Source of the DNA: a virus
Lineage: Duplodnaviria; Heunggongvirae; Uroviricota; Caudoviricetes
IMG/VR virus record: IMGVR_UViG_3300035517_000267
Span: 3,521-67,520 of that record
DNA length: 64,000 nucleotides
Direction: 5' to 3' (one strand)
The position numbers and the translations under genes are program-made. Below are positions 1-8,740 of the stretch, piece by piece (position 1 is the first letter of the stretch; each line of letters begins with the position of its first letter). The notes below the pieces were generated by a model. That model did no database searches. It was given only the letters and a program-made list of their open reading frames with translations, and had not been told where the DNA came from.

Positions 1-30
1 TAAAAAATTGTGCAATATGCTTTATTTGGA

Positions 31-65
31 TAAATTCGGCGCGAACCGATGGTTCACGCGCCGCC
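31..65. repeat. GC-rich hairpin repeat, copy 1 (identical copy 1969-2003; covariant copy 2887-2921; divergent copies 1430-1447 and 4354-4388)
   Basis: TAAATTCGGCGCGAACCGATGGTTCACGCGCCGCC seen directly in the sequence. Confidence 0.9.
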
Positions 66-123
66 CGCACACCATTTACCAATTTTCATTTGTTAAAAAA
101 TGGGAAGAAATTAATTCTTCCCA

Positions 124-336
124 TTAAAGCCAATCCTCTGCAAGGTCTTTTCCATCTTCTGTTATAATGCCTAGAATGTTTTCATCGCAAATATTATATT
201 CTTGATAAAGAGTATCAAAAAATTCATCTGCAAGGTCGTAAGCTTCTGGATTTTCAGCTAATTCATGGAATTTGTCATCGACCTCTATTTTTTCGGCTAC
301 ATCTTCCACTATCTGGTAATGAACTCTTACTTTCAT
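124..336 (-). CDS. Small acidic hypothetical early protein (70 aa)
   Basis: ORF track; overlaps stop of upstream ORF (ATGA); TAA stop; no TAG. Confidence 0.75.
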   Translation of the reverse strand: MKVRVHYQIVEDVAEKIEVDDKFHELAENPEAYDLADEFFDTLYQEYNICDENILGIITEDGKDLAEDWL

Positions 337-734
337 TTGTTAAAATTTACCTCCATTTCAATTCCCAATGTATTAGCTTTTACTTGTTCTGTCAATAGTT
401 TTTCATTGTAGCTCAACCATTTAGATTCATAGTCATCATAATAATAAACTTGATAGCCACTGGTAATAAATGGAAGTTCGCCAAGTCCTAATCTATCAAG
501 CTGTTGAGCAACACTGTCTGCCGCGTCAATATTACTAGTGGCAATATAATAGGGTAAATCCATAGTATAATAGCAATTTTGCGGGAGAGGGTTTAGGTCA
601 CTATCCCAAAATTTTACTTCTTCTGGATTTGTTATATATTTAAGTGTCCATTCATAGTTATAACATTCTCGTTCATTGTCAAATTCTTTTTCATCGTCTG
701 CAATGTAAGTAACTACTTTCCGCATATTTATCAA
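333..734 (-). CDS. Hypothetical early protein (133 aa)
   Basis: ORF track; AAGGA RBS; downstream of a consensus promoter at 765-793. Confidence 0.75.
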   Translation of the reverse strand: MINMRKVVTYIADDEKEFDNERECYNYEWTLKYITNPEEVKFWDSDLNPLPQNCYYTMDLPYYIATSNIDAADSVAQQLDRLGLGELPFITSGYQVYYYDDYESKWLSYNEKLLTEQVKANTLGIEMEVNFNK

Positions 735-764
735 TTCCTTTCTTTTTGAGGTATTTCCCTCTTG

Positions 765-793
765 ATTATAGCACCAAGAGGGGAATTTGTCAA
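765..793 (-). promoter_or_regulatory. sigmaA/sigma70-type promoter TTGACA-17-TATAAT
   Basis: Perfect consensus on the minus strand. Equivalent 17-bp-spaced promoters at 1303-1331, 1886-1914, 2768-2796, 3137-3165, 3650-3678, 4233-4261 and 5845-5873. Confidence 0.85.
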
Positions 794-800
794 GAGTTTT

Positions 801-1268
801 TTACAAAGATTTGCTTTCACTCACAAAGAATTTTGCATCATATTGTTTAATAATATCACGAACTTTTGCACTTTCAGCCTTTGTCGCGCAATAGAAACTA
901 AACTGTGTCCATTTGCTACTAAGGGTGATAGTTGATTTGGGAATTTCTCTCAATTCGCGATTGATAGCTGAAAGATATTTAGTGGGGATAGTTGCTTCTA
1001 TTTTCCAAAGTTTTTCCTTTGCGGCACGCTCTTCAAAAAACTTAACAATCCAAACACCAGCGACATTACAACAAAAAGTTATCAAACACTTTTCCCACAT
1101 AGGAAAGTCTGCAACAGTGTAAACAATCATAATGTTGTAAAATGCAAAGTATCCACCCGACAGCAAACTTGCAACGGTTTTACCACTCTTGATTGTTGCT
1201 ATACTTCTAATAGTAGAAAATATAACATTGATAATAGATAGGATAATAAAGGTAACAATAAATTTCAT
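801..1268 (-). CDS. Membrane protein resembling DUF5698/DUF2179 (UPF0316) family
   Basis: Three hydrophobic N-terminal segments (INVIFSTIRSIATIKSGKTVASLL...) followed by a small soluble C-terminal domain; family assignment from memory. Confidence 0.6.
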   Translation of the reverse strand: MKFIVTFIILSIINVIFSTIRSIATIKSGKTVASLLSGGYFAFYNIMIVYTVADFPMWEKCLITFCCNVAGVWIVKFFEERAAKEKLWKIEATIPTKYLSAINRELREIPKSTITLSSKWTQFSFYCATKAESAKVRDIIKQYDAKFFVSESKSL

Positions 1269-1383
1269 CTTGAAAACTTCCTTTCTTTTGTTTTGTGATT
1301 ATAGTATACTCTTTTTATTCATTTTTGTCAATAAGAAATTTTGCACAAAAAATCGGGAAAAATCTGTGCAGAATCACTAAGGG

Positions 1384-1410
1384 CTAGAGTTATCCAAAAT
1401 TTTCCATATA
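1384..1410. repeat. 27-bp direct repeat CTAGAGTTATCCAAAATTTTCCATATA (second copy 4314-4340)
   Basis: Exact match between the two loci. Confidence 0.9.
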
Positions 1411-1508
1411 GGTTTAATTCTGGCAAATTCGGGTCGCCGGCGACCCGCCCAAAAATTCCTTGTTTTAACAATAGATAAAAAATAATAAGGGGAAAAACCC
1501 CTTATTAT

Positions 1509-1682
1509 TTAAAGCTCATCTAATCCAGAATTTTCTGCCTCCCACTCGGTCAAAATATCATAACCATCTTCAAGACCGTCAATCAAATCATTTTCCTTGA
1601 GAATTTCATAGGCTTCATTTACATCGCAAGCCCCAACTAAAAACTCGCCCTCATCTTCATGGGTAAACAAATAATGCTTCAT
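1509..1682 (-). CDS. Small acidic hypothetical protein (57 aa)
   Basis: Hand-translated MKHYLFTHEDEGEFLVGACD...; GGAGG RBS; below ORF-track cutoff. Confidence 0.65.
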   Translation of the reverse strand: MKHYLFTHEDEGEFLVGACDVNEAYEILKENDLIDGLEDGYDILTEWEAENSGLDEL

Positions 1683-1685
1683 TCT

Positions 1686-1853
1686 TTACGCCTCCTTTAT
1701 ATAAGTGTCTGCCAGCAATTCCCAGATTGTCATGTATTCTTCATAGCTGGTTGCGTTAATGTTCGCAAAATCGTTAATGAGTTCCTCAGTAATAATACCA
1801 TCATGCTCATTGTAATATTTTTCCCATGCGGTTGCCAGTTCATCCATTGTCAT
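1686..1853 (-). CDS. Small hypothetical protein (55 aa)
   Basis: Hand-translated MTMDELATAWEKYY...; GAGG RBS; follows promoter 1886-1914. Confidence 0.65.
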   Translation of the reverse strand: MTMDELATAWEKYYNEHDGIITEELINDFANINATSYEEYMTIWELLADTYIKEA

Positions 1854-2183
1854 TTTTATTACCTCTTCTCTTGTTTTCTGAATATAGTATACGTGATTTC
1901 GGGATAAAAGTCAATAGTCGAATTGAACAAAAATGCGATTGAAAATTTGTGCAATCTGCACAATAGTGTAAATTCGGCGCGAACCGATGGTTCACGCGCC
2001 GCCAAATTCTCTTACAATAATTGATAAATAAAAAAATAAGAGGGAAAAATTTCCCTCTTAAAAGATAATTCTCTAATAGTTTTTTCTTTTCTGATTAAAT
2101 TGTATTTTCTACCTTTTTAAGCGTTTCTTCATAATGTTTTATCAGCCATTTAAGCCGGGCTACCATTTTTTCTTTTGTTTCTT

Positions 2184-2387
2184 TTATTTTTCCAGGGGGT
2201 TTTTGCAATTCCTCAGTCCCACGAGAACTAGCCCCCAAACCTGGATAATAGAAAAAACAGCTGGGAAAGTGGTAGGCTTACCAAGTAAGCACGCACCCTT
2301 TTTTCTTGTGTAACATATTTCACTATCATACCATTCCTCATACTCTGCTTTGTTTTCAATAATTGTATAGTTTTCAACTTGTATCAT
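2184..2387 (-). CDS. Hypothetical early protein (67 aa)
   Basis: ORF track; AAGGAG RBS. Confidence 0.6.
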   Translation of the reverse strand: MIQVENYTIIENKAEYEEWYDSEICYTRKKGACLLGKPTTFPAVFSIIQVWGLVLVGLRNCKNPLEK

Positions 2388-2406
2388 TATTTTTTAACTT
2401 CCTTTC

Positions 2407-2577
2407 TTATTCATCAAGTATTGTTATAGACATATTATCTTCTAGCTCATATGCTACACTATCACTAAAACAATAGTTGTCAGATAGCCAATCGAGAAGT
2501 TTTATTTGGTCTCGTGTAAGTAGAAGTCTAGCAATCGTCTCTCCATCAATCTTAATTCTAATAGTTGTGCCTTTCAT
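2407..2577 (-). CDS. Small hypothetical protein (56 aa)
   Basis: Hand-translated MKGTTIRIKIDGETIARL...; GGAGG RBS. Confidence 0.65.
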   Translation of the reverse strand: MKGTTIRIKIDGETIARLLLTRDQIKLLDWLSDNYCFSDSVAYELEDNMSITILDE

Positions 2578-2583
2578 TGTAGT

Positions 2584-2733
2584 TTACCTCCAATAAATAA
2601 AAAGTGTAAAAGTAATTATCATATAAGCGCGAATGATTGTTTCAGCTATATTAAAGCTCTTGTGCCGAAAGCACTCAATAAAGTCTGAAACGAGTATACC
2701 ACAAAAGAGAATGTACATTAGTATTTTTACCAT
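2584..2733 (-). CDS. Small membrane peptide (49 aa)
   Basis: Two hydrophobic stretches; follows promoter 2768-2796. Confidence 0.55.
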   Translation of the reverse strand: MVKILMYILFCGILVSDFIECFRHKSFNIAETIIRAYMIITFTLFIYWR

Positions 2734-2966
2734 CTGCAAGTTTCCTTTCTTTCTTTAGCTTGACTATAGTATAGCATAGAGAACTCTAAAAAGCAAGTGG
2801 TAATGTTGCACAAATTTTGGGATAGGAAACTGTACAAATTTTCACTTAGAATTATTTGAAAAAATTCGTATGGAAATTCTTTTGCGTAAATTCGGCGCGA
2901 ACTGGCAGTTCACGCGCCGCCCAATCCAACAAATGGCAAAAAGAAAAAGCTTCCAATTGCGGAAGC

Positions 2967-3104
2967 TTAATCCAAATATTCCCAATCTATCAACTTTTTA
3001 ATATCTGCGGGATTGAGGGTACTGCGCTCAACAGCATCTTGGTAAGAATAACCAAACAGGAACTCGGACAAACCATTAGTCAAGGTAACTTCAAAAGCAT
3101 ACAT
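2967..3104 (-). CDS. Small hypothetical protein (45 aa)
   Basis: Hand-translated MYAFEVTLTNGLSEFLFGYSY...; AAGGA RBS; follows promoter 3137-3165. Confidence 0.55.
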   Translation of the reverse strand: MYAFEVTLTNGLSEFLFGYSYQDAVERSTLNPADIKKLIDWEYLD

Positions 3105-3161
3105 GATAACAAGTCCTTTCTTTTCTATCTGAGTATACTATACCACAACCTCGCTTATTTG

Positions 3162-3407
3162 TCAATCGTCATCTGTCACAATTTTTATTCCATGAGATTG
3201 TACAAATTGTATAGCTTCTTCAAGTGTCATACTTCCAGTTTCAGGAATTTCGCCACAATCAATGCAAAGGTAATTGTGTCCTTCATATTCCAAAGTAGAG
3301 AAGGTATAATCTTTTCCAATTTCCAGATTGTATTGCTCCCTTAAACGAATAGGAATCATAATTCTGCCTGTTACATCCAATTTGCGCGAATAATTTGTTT
3401 CATTCAT
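3162..3407 (-). CDS. AbrB/SpoVT/MraZ-family swapped-hairpin DNA-binding protein
   Basis: SRKLDVTGRIMIPIRLREQYNL matches the AbrB N-terminal pattern (RKVDxLGRxVIPxELR). Confidence 0.75.
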   Translation of the reverse strand: MNETNYSRKLDVTGRIMIPIRLREQYNLEIGKDYTFSTLEYEGHNYLCIDCGEIPETGSMTLEEAIQFVQSHGIKIVTDDD

Positions 3408-3495
3408 TCCGGCTAAATTTTTTCTAATGACCTAGCGTGTGGAAAAACGACTCTTGAACGGAGTCGCCGGCTTTAACCAAGTCGGTAGGTATTTC

Positions 3496-3612
3496 TTACC
3501 ATTCCGCAGGCATTTTCTGGCAGAACGTGCGCAAGGGGCAATCCTTACAAGAATCTTGATTTAAACAAGCTTCAAGAATTAACTCTAACGCCTTTAACAG
3601 TTCTACAGTCAT
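3496..3612 (-). CDS. Small Cys-containing peptide (38 aa)
   Basis: MTVELLKALELILEACLNQDSCKDCPLRTFCQKMPAEW; GAAAGGAG RBS; promoter 3650-3678. Confidence 0.55.
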   Translation of the reverse strand: MTVELLKALELILEACLNQDSCKDCPLRTFCQKMPAEW

Positions 3613-3697
3613 TAGAAAAAAACTCCTTTCTTTTGAACTTTCTACTAATATTATAGCAAAAAATTTTTAAAAAGTCAAAAGAAAAGAGTAAAAATTT

Positions 3698-3889
3698 TTA
3701 TCTAAGATTATTAACCAATTTACTAATCGAATAAGAATCTTCCTTTCTGCATTGGATATAAATTCTGTTATATCTGGTATTGCTTGTTTCGTGTTCATCC
3801 ACAAAACAAGGAAACTTTTCAATAATGAATTCCAAAATTTGGTAAAGCTTCATATTGGTAACGTCAGTCAAAAAAGTAATAGTTTCCAT
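3698..3889 (-). CDS. Hypothetical early protein (63 aa; start moved to ATG with RBS)
   Basis: AAGGAG precedes the ATG at 3889. Confidence 0.65.
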   Translation of the reverse strand: METITFLTDVTNMKLYQILEFIIEKFPCFVDEHETSNTRYNRIYIQCRKEDSYSISKLVNNLR

Positions 3890-3948
3890 GATTTTAATCT
3901 CCTTTAATTTTGGGGAATGGCAGCTATTAACCGCCATTCCCGCGTTTT

Positions 3949-4197
3949 TTATAAAACTGAAATAAGAGCTTCGCCAGTCTTAGGATTGCGCCAGAGGGTC
4001 AAGGTAGAAGTCAATCCATAATAAGAAAACTTTGTTTGGCATTTGTTTGTAATCTCGTTAACCCAGTTGTCATTAACTGGAACCATTTTGTACATGATGT
4101 ACATTGTGTCCGCCAAGCTTTGAAAAAGTTCCTCGTCATTTTCAAATATAAACTGAGGAACATAGTCATTATTGCCAAAGAATATTGAACCAATCAT
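3949..4197 (-). CDS. Hypothetical early protein (82 aa)
   Basis: AAGGAG precedes the ATG at 4197; the longer track start overlaps the promoter -10 box. Confidence 0.65.
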   Translation of the reverse strand: MIGSIFFGNNDYVPQFIFENDEELFQSLADTMYIMYKMVPVNDNWVNEITNKCQTKFSYYGLTSTLTLWRNPKTGEALISVL

Positions 4198-4504
4198 CTT
4201 TTGTAATTCTCCTTTGTTCTTTTGATAAATCAATTATAGCAGAGGGCAAATAGAAAGTCAATAGTAAAAATACACAAAGATTTTGGGAATTTTTTGTGCA
4301 GAATGACCAACGACTAGAGTTATCCAAAATTTTCCATATATAGTATAAATTGATAAATACGGCGCGCCGCGGACGCCCGCGGCGCCGCTTTAGCGCTTTA
4401 AAGTGTTAGCACTTTAGCGTAGTGAAGTATACAGGATGTAATCTTTAACAAATTAAAGCTTTAGCGATTTAAAGTATACACTTTGTATAGTTGAAAAAAG
4501 GGCA

Positions 4505-4627
4505 TTACTTTACCAGTAATGCCCAGAAATTCCACATAGGGTAGGTACTTAGTACCATAATCTGGATTGTGCTAACTACAATCCATAAGTCAAATAGGCA
4601 ACTTGCCAAAATAAGGAATTTTTTCAT
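4505..4627 (-). CDS. Small hydrophobic peptide (40 aa)
   Basis: MKKFLILASCLFDLWIVV...; ATGA overlap with upstream gene. Confidence 0.5.
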   Translation of the reverse strand: MKKFLILASCLFDLWIVVSTIQIMVLSTYPMWNFWALLVK

Positions 4628-4980
4628 ACTATCTCACCCGTTTCATTGTCCACGATAACTATACTATCTGTTATATACTGTATAGCCTCTTCTATACTGT
4701 CTACCTGCGCGAGAACCTCACCGCCCGCACAAATGGAATATTTATATTCGGGAATGCATTCTTCATCTGTTGCGAGCCTTGTATGGAAAATACTGTTAAT
4801 ATCGTCTCGATTCTCAAACGCCCAAACGGGAAGTTCTCCCAATGGGATATTATTGAATTCATCCCTATCAAGAATGATTCCAGTATCTACCACATAGGCT
4901 GAAACATTCATTTTTCTAAGCAGGTTAACAAACCCTGCTTTATCGAAGCTCTCACCTGTGAAGTATTTGATAATTTCCAT
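4624..4980 (-). CDS. Hypothetical early protein (118 aa)
   Basis: ORF track; GGAGG RBS. Confidence 0.75.
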   Translation of the reverse strand: MEIIKYFTGESFDKAGFVNLLRKMNVSAYVVDTGIILDRDEFNNIPLGELPVWAFENRDDINSIFHTRLATDEECIPEYKYSICAGGEVLAQVDSIEEAIQYITDSIVIVDNETGEIV

Positions 4981-5047
4981 AATTTGTAAATCCTCCTCTT
5001 TTGTCGCGGGGGTTAGAGTTATTAGCCCTAACCCCTATAGCCTGTTT

Positions 5048-5416
5048 TTAGAATTCTACCTCTTCGTTAGAAGTGTATCCGACGTATGTTCCGGGTTCTA
5101 CATACTCGTCTAAGAGTTCGGGATACTCTTTAGCGGTCTGAGCGGTTACAACATCCCACTCTGAAATTGCTATTCCGCAATAGTTGTCATAATCAAAGTC
5201 GGTGACAAGTTCTCTTATAGCCATAAAGGTTATAAACTCTTTACCGTTGGAAGTGCAGCCATAGAGGAAAACCCCTGTTATGTTTGCGTTCCCGCTATTG
5301 GGATAGAGCTTATACCAATTGCTGGTATCGGAAGTATCCATAAAGAATTTTCCTATGCTCTTATACGTTCTGCCGCGCTCTTCAAGCTCCGCGCTCATTG
5401 AGTAGTTGTTTGCCAT
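5048..5416 (-). CDS. Hypothetical early protein (122 aa)
   Basis: ORF track; GAAAGGA RBS. Confidence 0.75.
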   Translation of the reverse strand: MANNYSMSAELEERGRTYKSIGKFFMDTSDTSNWYKLYPNSGNANITGVFLYGCTSNGKEFITFMAIRELVTDFDYDNYCGIAISEWDVVTAQTAKEYPELLDEYVEPGTYVGYTSNEEVEF

Positions 5417-5482
5417 AGCTTACCATGTCCTTTCTTTTGTCGCGGGGCTAGGGTTATTAGCTCTAGCCCCTATGATTAGTTG

Positions 5483-5770
5483 TTACTTTATTACAACGTA
5501 ACTTTTGACCATTGAACCAGCCTTAAGATACCGTTCATATTGAACAGGATGGTCTGCCTTATAGCGCGCACTGTCAAAAGTGGGCTTACGCTGTGCTGCC
5601 GGGTGATACTCAGCTTTTGCGACTGTTGCTATAATGGATTCATTTCCATTATTTTCTATAAAGCTGAGAATATCAGCCTTGAGCGCGTCAAGCTCTGCCT
5701 GTTGTGCCTTGATAGCTGTTTCCAGCTTTTTGGCGTTGTCAATTTTTGACATGATTTCTTCTTTTGTCAT
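5483..5770 (-). CDS. Hypothetical coiled-coil protein (95 aa)
   Basis: Start placed at ATG 5770 because promoter 5845-5873 overlaps the longer track start. Confidence 0.65.
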   Translation of the reverse strand: MTKEEIMSKIDNAKKLETAIKAQQAELDALKADILSFIENNGNESIIATVAKAEYHPAAQRKPTFDSARYKADHPVQYERYLKAGSMVKSYVVIK

Positions 5771-6180
5771 TTTCTGCCAAATCCTTTCAATTTTTTGGAT
5801 ACTTACAAGGTTCTCTGTTTTTGTCCTTTGAACCTTGTGACTATAGAATAGCACAAGCTGCGCTATTTGTCAATAGTTTTTTTGAAAAAAGTCAAAAAAA
5901 AATATTAACCAAAAAATGGAATAAGATTTTCCAATTTTTGGTTAAATAGGGGGTATTTAGCGATTTAGTGAGATAAAGCGTGGGAATAGGCTCTTTACTT
6001 TTACGATTTAGCGAACTAAAGTGAGAGGGGGGTGGTTTTTGGGAAAAAATGTAAAAAATTTGAAATTTTTGGTTCGCCGCCTCATTTCCCACACTAAATC
6101 ATATTTTAAATCTCAAACACGGTTATAAATAAATTTTTCCCAAAATTCGACAATTTCTTCTTCTCTAGGCTCCCAAATTT

Positions 6181-6209
6181 TTGACATAGCGCAATTTTTC
6201 TGCTATTAT
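6181..6209 (+). promoter_or_regulatory. sigmaA-type promoter TTGACA-17-TATTAT driving the rightward block
   Basis: Consensus boxes followed by AAGGAG RBS and GTG start at 6232. Confidence 0.75.
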
Positions 6210-6231
6210 AGTAGAAGAAGGAGATGAAAAA

Positions 6232-7296
6232 GTGGCTATAACATTAGATTATAAAGTAGAATCTATAGAAGAAAGAAAAGCTATAGTAGAACAAATACTA
6301 GAAGAAAATCCTGACCCTTCTCCTTAGTATCTCGAAATTCTTGCGGACTACCTTATAAATTGTATGGAAAAGCAAGAGCGCAAAGAAAAGAAAATTCTTA
6401 CTGAAAACCGCTTAGTCACAATAAACAAAAGAGAACAATCTTATGAAGGACTTGCGGCGTAGATGGAAAATGGCGAAGATGGTATTTACAATCTAATCAA
6501 TACTGATAGACAAGTTCTTTTTAGTCCTAAAATATCAATAACTAAGCAAGATCTTGAGACTATCCCATGCCTTAAACAATTGCGCGAGACCATAGATATG
6601 TGGAGTTCAGCACTCAAGGAAACCGCAGGAACTAAGCAAGCTTATACTATAAAAAAAGCTTTAATTGAAATGCGGAAGGACCAATACCTCATAAAGCAAG
6701 CCTACTAGAGACCACTAGTCCCGCAAAAGCTTACAAAATCTTCGCAATTCTCAAATTCTGCACTTGATGATACTTCGTATTTGCGGAAGGGCGCTATATA
6801 GATACAAGGGGTCTCCCTAATGGATCCGAATGTCGTGACCGCAATTCTTACGAACTATTCTAAATTAAAAGAAGATAGCTGGGATTAGTTTTCCGGAGAT
6901 GTCTGGTATATAATTTAGTCTTTTGAAGAAATTTGTGATAGAGCTTTAAAACCTTATCCTATGTTAAAAAGAATAGTAGAATTAAAGATTGATAAAGCTT
7001 CTAACACTGAAATTCAATCTACCTTACAGACCGAATTTGGCATTACACATACTCCTGAATATATTTCTAGTCTTTGGCGGAAAAAGATACCCAGAATAAT
7101 TGCGGAAAAAGCTAAAGAAGATTTTCTTATTTGGCAATACGATTTCAATAATTTTCCTATGAAGCGTTGTTCAAAGTGCGGCAGGGTCAAGCCCGCAAAT
7201 AATTATTTCTTCTCGAAGAACAATACTAGTAAGGATTATCTTTATAGTGTTTGCAAAAAATGCAGAAATAAAAAAGAGGTGGGCGAAAATGTCTGA
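6232..7296 (+). CDS. Hypothetical protein (354 aa, code 15) with C-terminal CxxC...CxxC zinc finger
   Basis: Track fragments 6463 and 6961 are in frame with GTG 6232 and separated only by TAG; ends TGA. Confidence 0.8.
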
Positions 7297-8740
7297 ACAG
7301 CATTACTGTATTAAGTGTAATAGGACACTTGATTCAAAATAGTTCTACACTTCAAAGCGTATTGAAAAATATCCTCCTTCTGGATAGATGAACATATGCA
7401 AGAAGTGTTTAACCATGCACGTTGATAACTGGGATCCAGAAACCTACAAGTGGATACTAGAAGAAATTGATGTACCCTATATAAAAGAAGAATGGAATAA
7501 TGTATTATTAAAATACAAGGATAATCCTGAAAAACTTACTGGTATGACTGTCTTGGGTCGCTATCTTTCCAAAATGAAACTCAAACAATGGAGCCACTAT
7601 CATTGGGAAGATACAGAACGATTAGAGCAAGAAGCAGAAGAAAGAAAAACTTTAGCTATGCGGGCGTAGGGCTTTGCGGCGGAAGATATCGAGAAGAGTC
7701 TCGCCATAGACAACACTCCCGCACGTCCTGTCCTTGAGATTGAAGAAGCTCCTTCTCCTGTTGATTTATTATTAGCAAATGAAGAACCTGATGAATATGA
7801 AGATAAACTTACTGATGAAGATAAAGAATATCTTAGATTGAAATGGGGTAAGAGTTATCGAGCAGAAGAATGGGTGCGGCTGGAGCAATTATACCAAGAC
7901 ATGATGAATTCATACGACATCCAAACCGCAGGTCACAAAGATACTTTAATAATGCTTTGTAAAACAAGTTTAAAAGCTAATTAGCTATTAGACGCGTGTG
8001 ATAGACAAACAATGTCCACGTAAAACTCTTTGAATTGCTGGAAACTCCTTAGAGCTACATAGACTACAACGTAGGTTTGAAATAAAGCCAGGCGTGACAG
8101 TTTGAAAACTGTGTGGATTGGACAACCAGCAGCCAAGCTCCGAACAAGAGAAGGTTCAACGACTATCCCATTAGGGAGTAGGGCGCAAGCGATTGGCGCT
8201 CGAAGCAGAGAGCTTTCCTTCTAGTTGTAAGGAATGATGATATAGTCTCAACTTCTATTGAAAGATAGAGAAAAGGTTTAGCGAGCCTTTGTAAGACATT
8301 TGATTGACGGTTTCCAAAAAATGTCAAAAACCTATGATACCCTTATGCGGAGTGGTAATTTTACCGCCGCACAAAATAAGGACGATCAAGGTGAATTCAT
8401 AGATTCTATTGGTGAAATAGTAGCTATTTGTGAAAAACAAGGCTTTATTCCTCGATATTATGTAGATGAACCCAAAGATAAAATTGATAGAATTATTCAA
8501 GATATGCAAAAATATACGCATGATTTGGTTACAGAAGAACTTGGATTAGGTACTTTAATTGAAAATAGTATGCGGACGATGCAACAAGAAAAAGAATCTA
8601 TTAAAAATGCTTCTTCTCTCACGGTTGAAGAAGCCGATCAACAAGCAGAGAACGCACTTTTTGATTATGAGGTTAGTCCTCTCGCGGACGAGGACTTTAT
8701 AGATTTTGCCACCTTTAAAGAACAGGAGGCAAACCAATGA
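7289..8740 (+). CDS. Spliced pre-terminase protein, join(7289..8002,8303..8740), 383 aa, N-terminal zinc finger; possibly terminase small subunit
   Basis: TAG readthrough plus removal of a 300-nt group I intron restores LLDACD/IDGFQK; ATGA overlap with terL; function inferred from position only. Confidence 0.7.
8003..8302 (+). mobile_element. Group I intron without ORF (300 nt)
   Basis: Core motifs GAATTGCTGGAAA, ACCAGCAGCC, GTTCAACGACTA, GATATAGTCT; 5' exon ends in U, intron ends in G; IGS CAATGTC pairs with both exons; in-frame TAA inside. Confidence 0.85.

Noticed and set aside
3440-3495. tRNA-like fragment (TTGGTTAAAGC, GTTCAAG on the minus strand)
   Set aside because: No acceptor stem or anticodon arm; CGACTC/GAGTCG plus T-run fits a terminator. 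No suppressor tRNA was found in the window
31-4388. Hairpin repeats as a CRISPR array
   Set aside because: Spacing is 0.5-1.5 kb with genes in between; no regular spacers and no cas genes
1189-5949. Plus-strand ORFs in the early region (e.g. 1659-1907, 2856-3344, 4646-4897)
   Set aside because: Antisense to RBS-supported minus-strand genes and promoters; composition not protein-like
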